DNA of 64,000 nucleotides from Acidimicrobiaceae bacterium (lineage in GTDB: Bacteria; Actinomycetota; Acidimicrobiia; Acidimicrobiales; Aldehydirespiratoraceae), in contig JAPOYA010000017.1 of assembly GCA_026706815.1 (NCBI GenBank), forward strand, positions 4,101 to 68,100, read 5' to 3'. The translations under genes were made by a program, and so were the position numbers. This document shows positions 62,485 through 64,000 of the stretch, in pieces (within the stretch, counting starts at the first letter, position 1; each line of letters starts with the position of its first letter). The notes under the pieces were generated by a model. That model searched no databases. It was not told the DNA's origin and saw only the letters and a program-made list of their open reading frames with translations.

Positions 62485-62961
62485 GTGACCGAATCTACCT
62501 ATCAACTCCACCCCACTGAACCTCGATGGACTCACATAGCTCTGCGTGTCAAGGACATCGACGCCACGATCGGCTGGTACAGCGAATTCACGCCTCTCGA
62601 ACTGATCGACCGCCGTGAGGATGATGAGGGGCACGGCGCCTGGCTGGGGATGCCCGGCAAAACCAACAACCCGTTCATTCTGGTGCTCGCCCAGTTTTTT
62701 GAAGGCAAGGATCCCTTCGCCGACGCCCCGCCCGCAACACTCGCCCCGTTCGCCCACCTGGGTATGGAATTGCCCGCGCGCAACGACATCGATGACATTG
62801 CAGCCAAAGGAGAGGCTGCCGGTTGTTTGGCGATGCCTCCGACAATGATGCCCCCGCCGATCGGTTACATCACGATGTTGCGCGACCCTGACGGCAACAT
62901 GGTGGAGTTCTCATGGGACCAGGGCGTATACGCCACACTTCAAGAGCAGTGGGGCGACTAA
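62485..62961 (+). CDS. VOC (glyoxalase/dioxygenase) family protein
   Basis: WTHIALRVKDIDATIGWYSEFT...HLGMEL...LRDPDGNMVEF. GTG start after ggagcggagg. Confidence 0.75.
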   Translation: MTESTYQLHPTEPRWTHIALRVKDIDATIGWYSEFTPLELIDRREDDEGHGAWLGMPGKTNNPFILVLAQFFEGKDPFADAPPATLAPFAHLGMELPARNDIDDIAAKGEAAGCLAMPPTMMPPPIGYITMLRDPDGNMVEFSWDQGVYATLQEQWGD

Positions 62962-63008
62962 CGCCCTAGCGCGTCGTCGCCCGCACCCAAGCCGCCGGAT
63001 CACGGTGG

Positions 63009-63596
63009 TCAAGAGGTGTGAATAAGGCGGTTGAACTCGAGCAGCACAGCGTTGCCGCCCCAGTTGTCGAGAACTGAGACTGAACCCGGGTACACCCACA
63101 ACTTGAGGATCATCGCCGGGTCTCCACCGGTGGCCCAGATCACGGCTGATTTGATCGGTGTTGCGTGGGTGACCACCAAGACGTTCTCGTCGGCCGCGCG
63201 TTCGGTCAATTCCGCACAGGCCTCGGCAACGCGGGTGTGCAACGATGGCAGCGATTCGCCGCCCTTGGGGCGGTAGTTGATGTCGTTTCCCCAACGCGAG
63301 CCCAGGTCGGGGACTACTTCTTCGACCTTCTGCCCTTCGAACTCGCCGAAACTGATCTCGCGCCAGCGGTCGTCAACCTCAATCATGTCGGACGAGAAAC
63401 CAGCCAGCACTGCGGTTTGTTGGCTGCGTTGCAACGAAGTCGTGAAGACCGTGTCGACGTCCCAGCGCTCTCGGACGTACGCGCCGACGTTCTCGGCCTG
63501 GAGTTTGCCTACCTCGTCGAGCGGTATGTCAGAGTCGCCTTGCAGACGCGACTCGGCGTTGCTTGCCGTCCGTCCGTGACGCGCCAGGATCAGCAC
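63009..63596 (-). CDS. Histidine phosphatase (phosphoglycerate-mutase-like) family
   Basis: LILARHGRTASNAE is the RHG motif, and VVTHATPIK is the distal His. Start trimmed to GTG 63596. Confidence 0.8.
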   Translation of the reverse strand: MLILARHGRTASNAESRLQGDSDIPLDEVGKLQAENVGAYVRERWDVDTVFTTSLQRSQQTAVLAGFSSDMIEVDDRWREISFGEFEGQKVEEVVPDLGSRWGNDINYRPKGGESLPSLHTRVAEACAELTERAADENVLVVTHATPIKSAVIWATGGDPAMILKLWVYPGSVSVLDNWGGNAVLLEFNRLIHTS

Positions 63597-63651
63597 CTGG
63601 CCAGTGTCGCACAGTTCGCCCGCCAGAGCGATTGCACTGGCGCCGACCCGA

Positions 63652-64000
63652 TCAGGTGCCGGCCAGCGCGGCGATGACTTCGGGGAAGTGCTCCATGCCA
63701 TGCCCTCCGTCTTGTTGCACCACCACATAGTTGAAACCCCAGCGCTCTCGCCGCTCCTGGAGGGTCTCCACGATCTGTGGAACCGAGCCGGCCAGCAGGG
63801 CGGGCGACTGGGCGACGTCATCTGCCGAGACCGCGAACATCTCCGCGAAGAACCCCAGAGTTCCATCCCGGTCGTCGGTGATGGTGGTGTTCATGGTGAG
63901 CGAGCTGACCTCCACATCGTCGAGGCGACTCCCGGCGCACTCGCGCAACCGAGCAATCTTTCGGTCATAGGCAGCCGGCATCGAATCAGCGATGGCGTCA
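63652..64000 (-). CDS. C-terminal part of a luciferase-like (LLM, probably F420- or flavin-dependent) oxidoreductase; begins beyond the window end
   Basis: ..SPALLAGSVPQIVETLQERRERWGFNYVVV.. is a typical LLM C-terminus. The frame is open to position 64000 (DAIADSMPAAYDRK..). Confidence 0.6.
   Translation of the reverse strand, partial: DAIADSMPAAYDRKIARLRECAGSRLDDVEVSSLTMNTTITDDRDGTLGFFAEMFAVSADDVAQSPALLAGSVPQIVETLQERRERWGFNYVVVQQDGGHGMEHFPEVIAALAGT

Overview
High-G+C, actinobacterial-type chromosomal segment, judged from CrgA, XseAB, PEPC, SerB, PncAB and frequent ATGA/GTGA start-stop overlaps. All G+C statements are by eye. I support about 60 protein-coding genes, 3 tRNAs (Gly-CCC, Ala-TGC, Ser-CGA), and no rRNA or CRISPR array. 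Housekeeping blocks: (1) ptsI-fruK region, 1-5451; (2) dcd/crgA, 7033-9418; (3) ppc/mpg/dtd, 11463-15316; (4) a long minus-strand array serB-MFS-xseA-xseB-polyprenyl synthase-prfC-ferredoxin-GDH-like, 29064-20952; (5) pncB-pncA, 31029-32995. Small accessory modules interrupt these blocks: a GNAT/DUF1778 TA pair next to tRNA-Gly, a fused XRE-ImmA/IrrE gene in a lower-G+C patch, and a VapBC pair beside a truncated SMP-30 gene. Others are a Fic gene next to tRNA-Ser, a solo NYN gene beside a TauD deletion scar, and an AbrB-type TA pair. The most distinctive accessory element is an AbiEi/AbiEii pair plus one unknown ORF, carried on a 2.05-kb integrase-less insert. That insert is bounded by 42-bp near-perfect direct repeats at the tRNA-Ala 3' flank. 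The right third of the window (44006-59654) is one co-directional array of 12 genes, eight of whose eleven junctions are start-stop overlaps or a 3-nt gap. It encodes 2 Rieske oxygenases, a VOC-cupin fusion, HyuA/HyuB, an AMP-ligase, a BMP-type ABC importer, an MDR reductase and a methyltransferase. A FadR-type GntR regulator lies nearby, and a palindromic TGGTCNGACCA box recurs at four promoter regions. I could not assign this array to a known pathway. Many long ORFs in the supplied track are antisense or N-terminally over-extended high-G+C artefacts, so I trimmed or rejected them. All functional calls rest on motif recognition by eye, with no database search.
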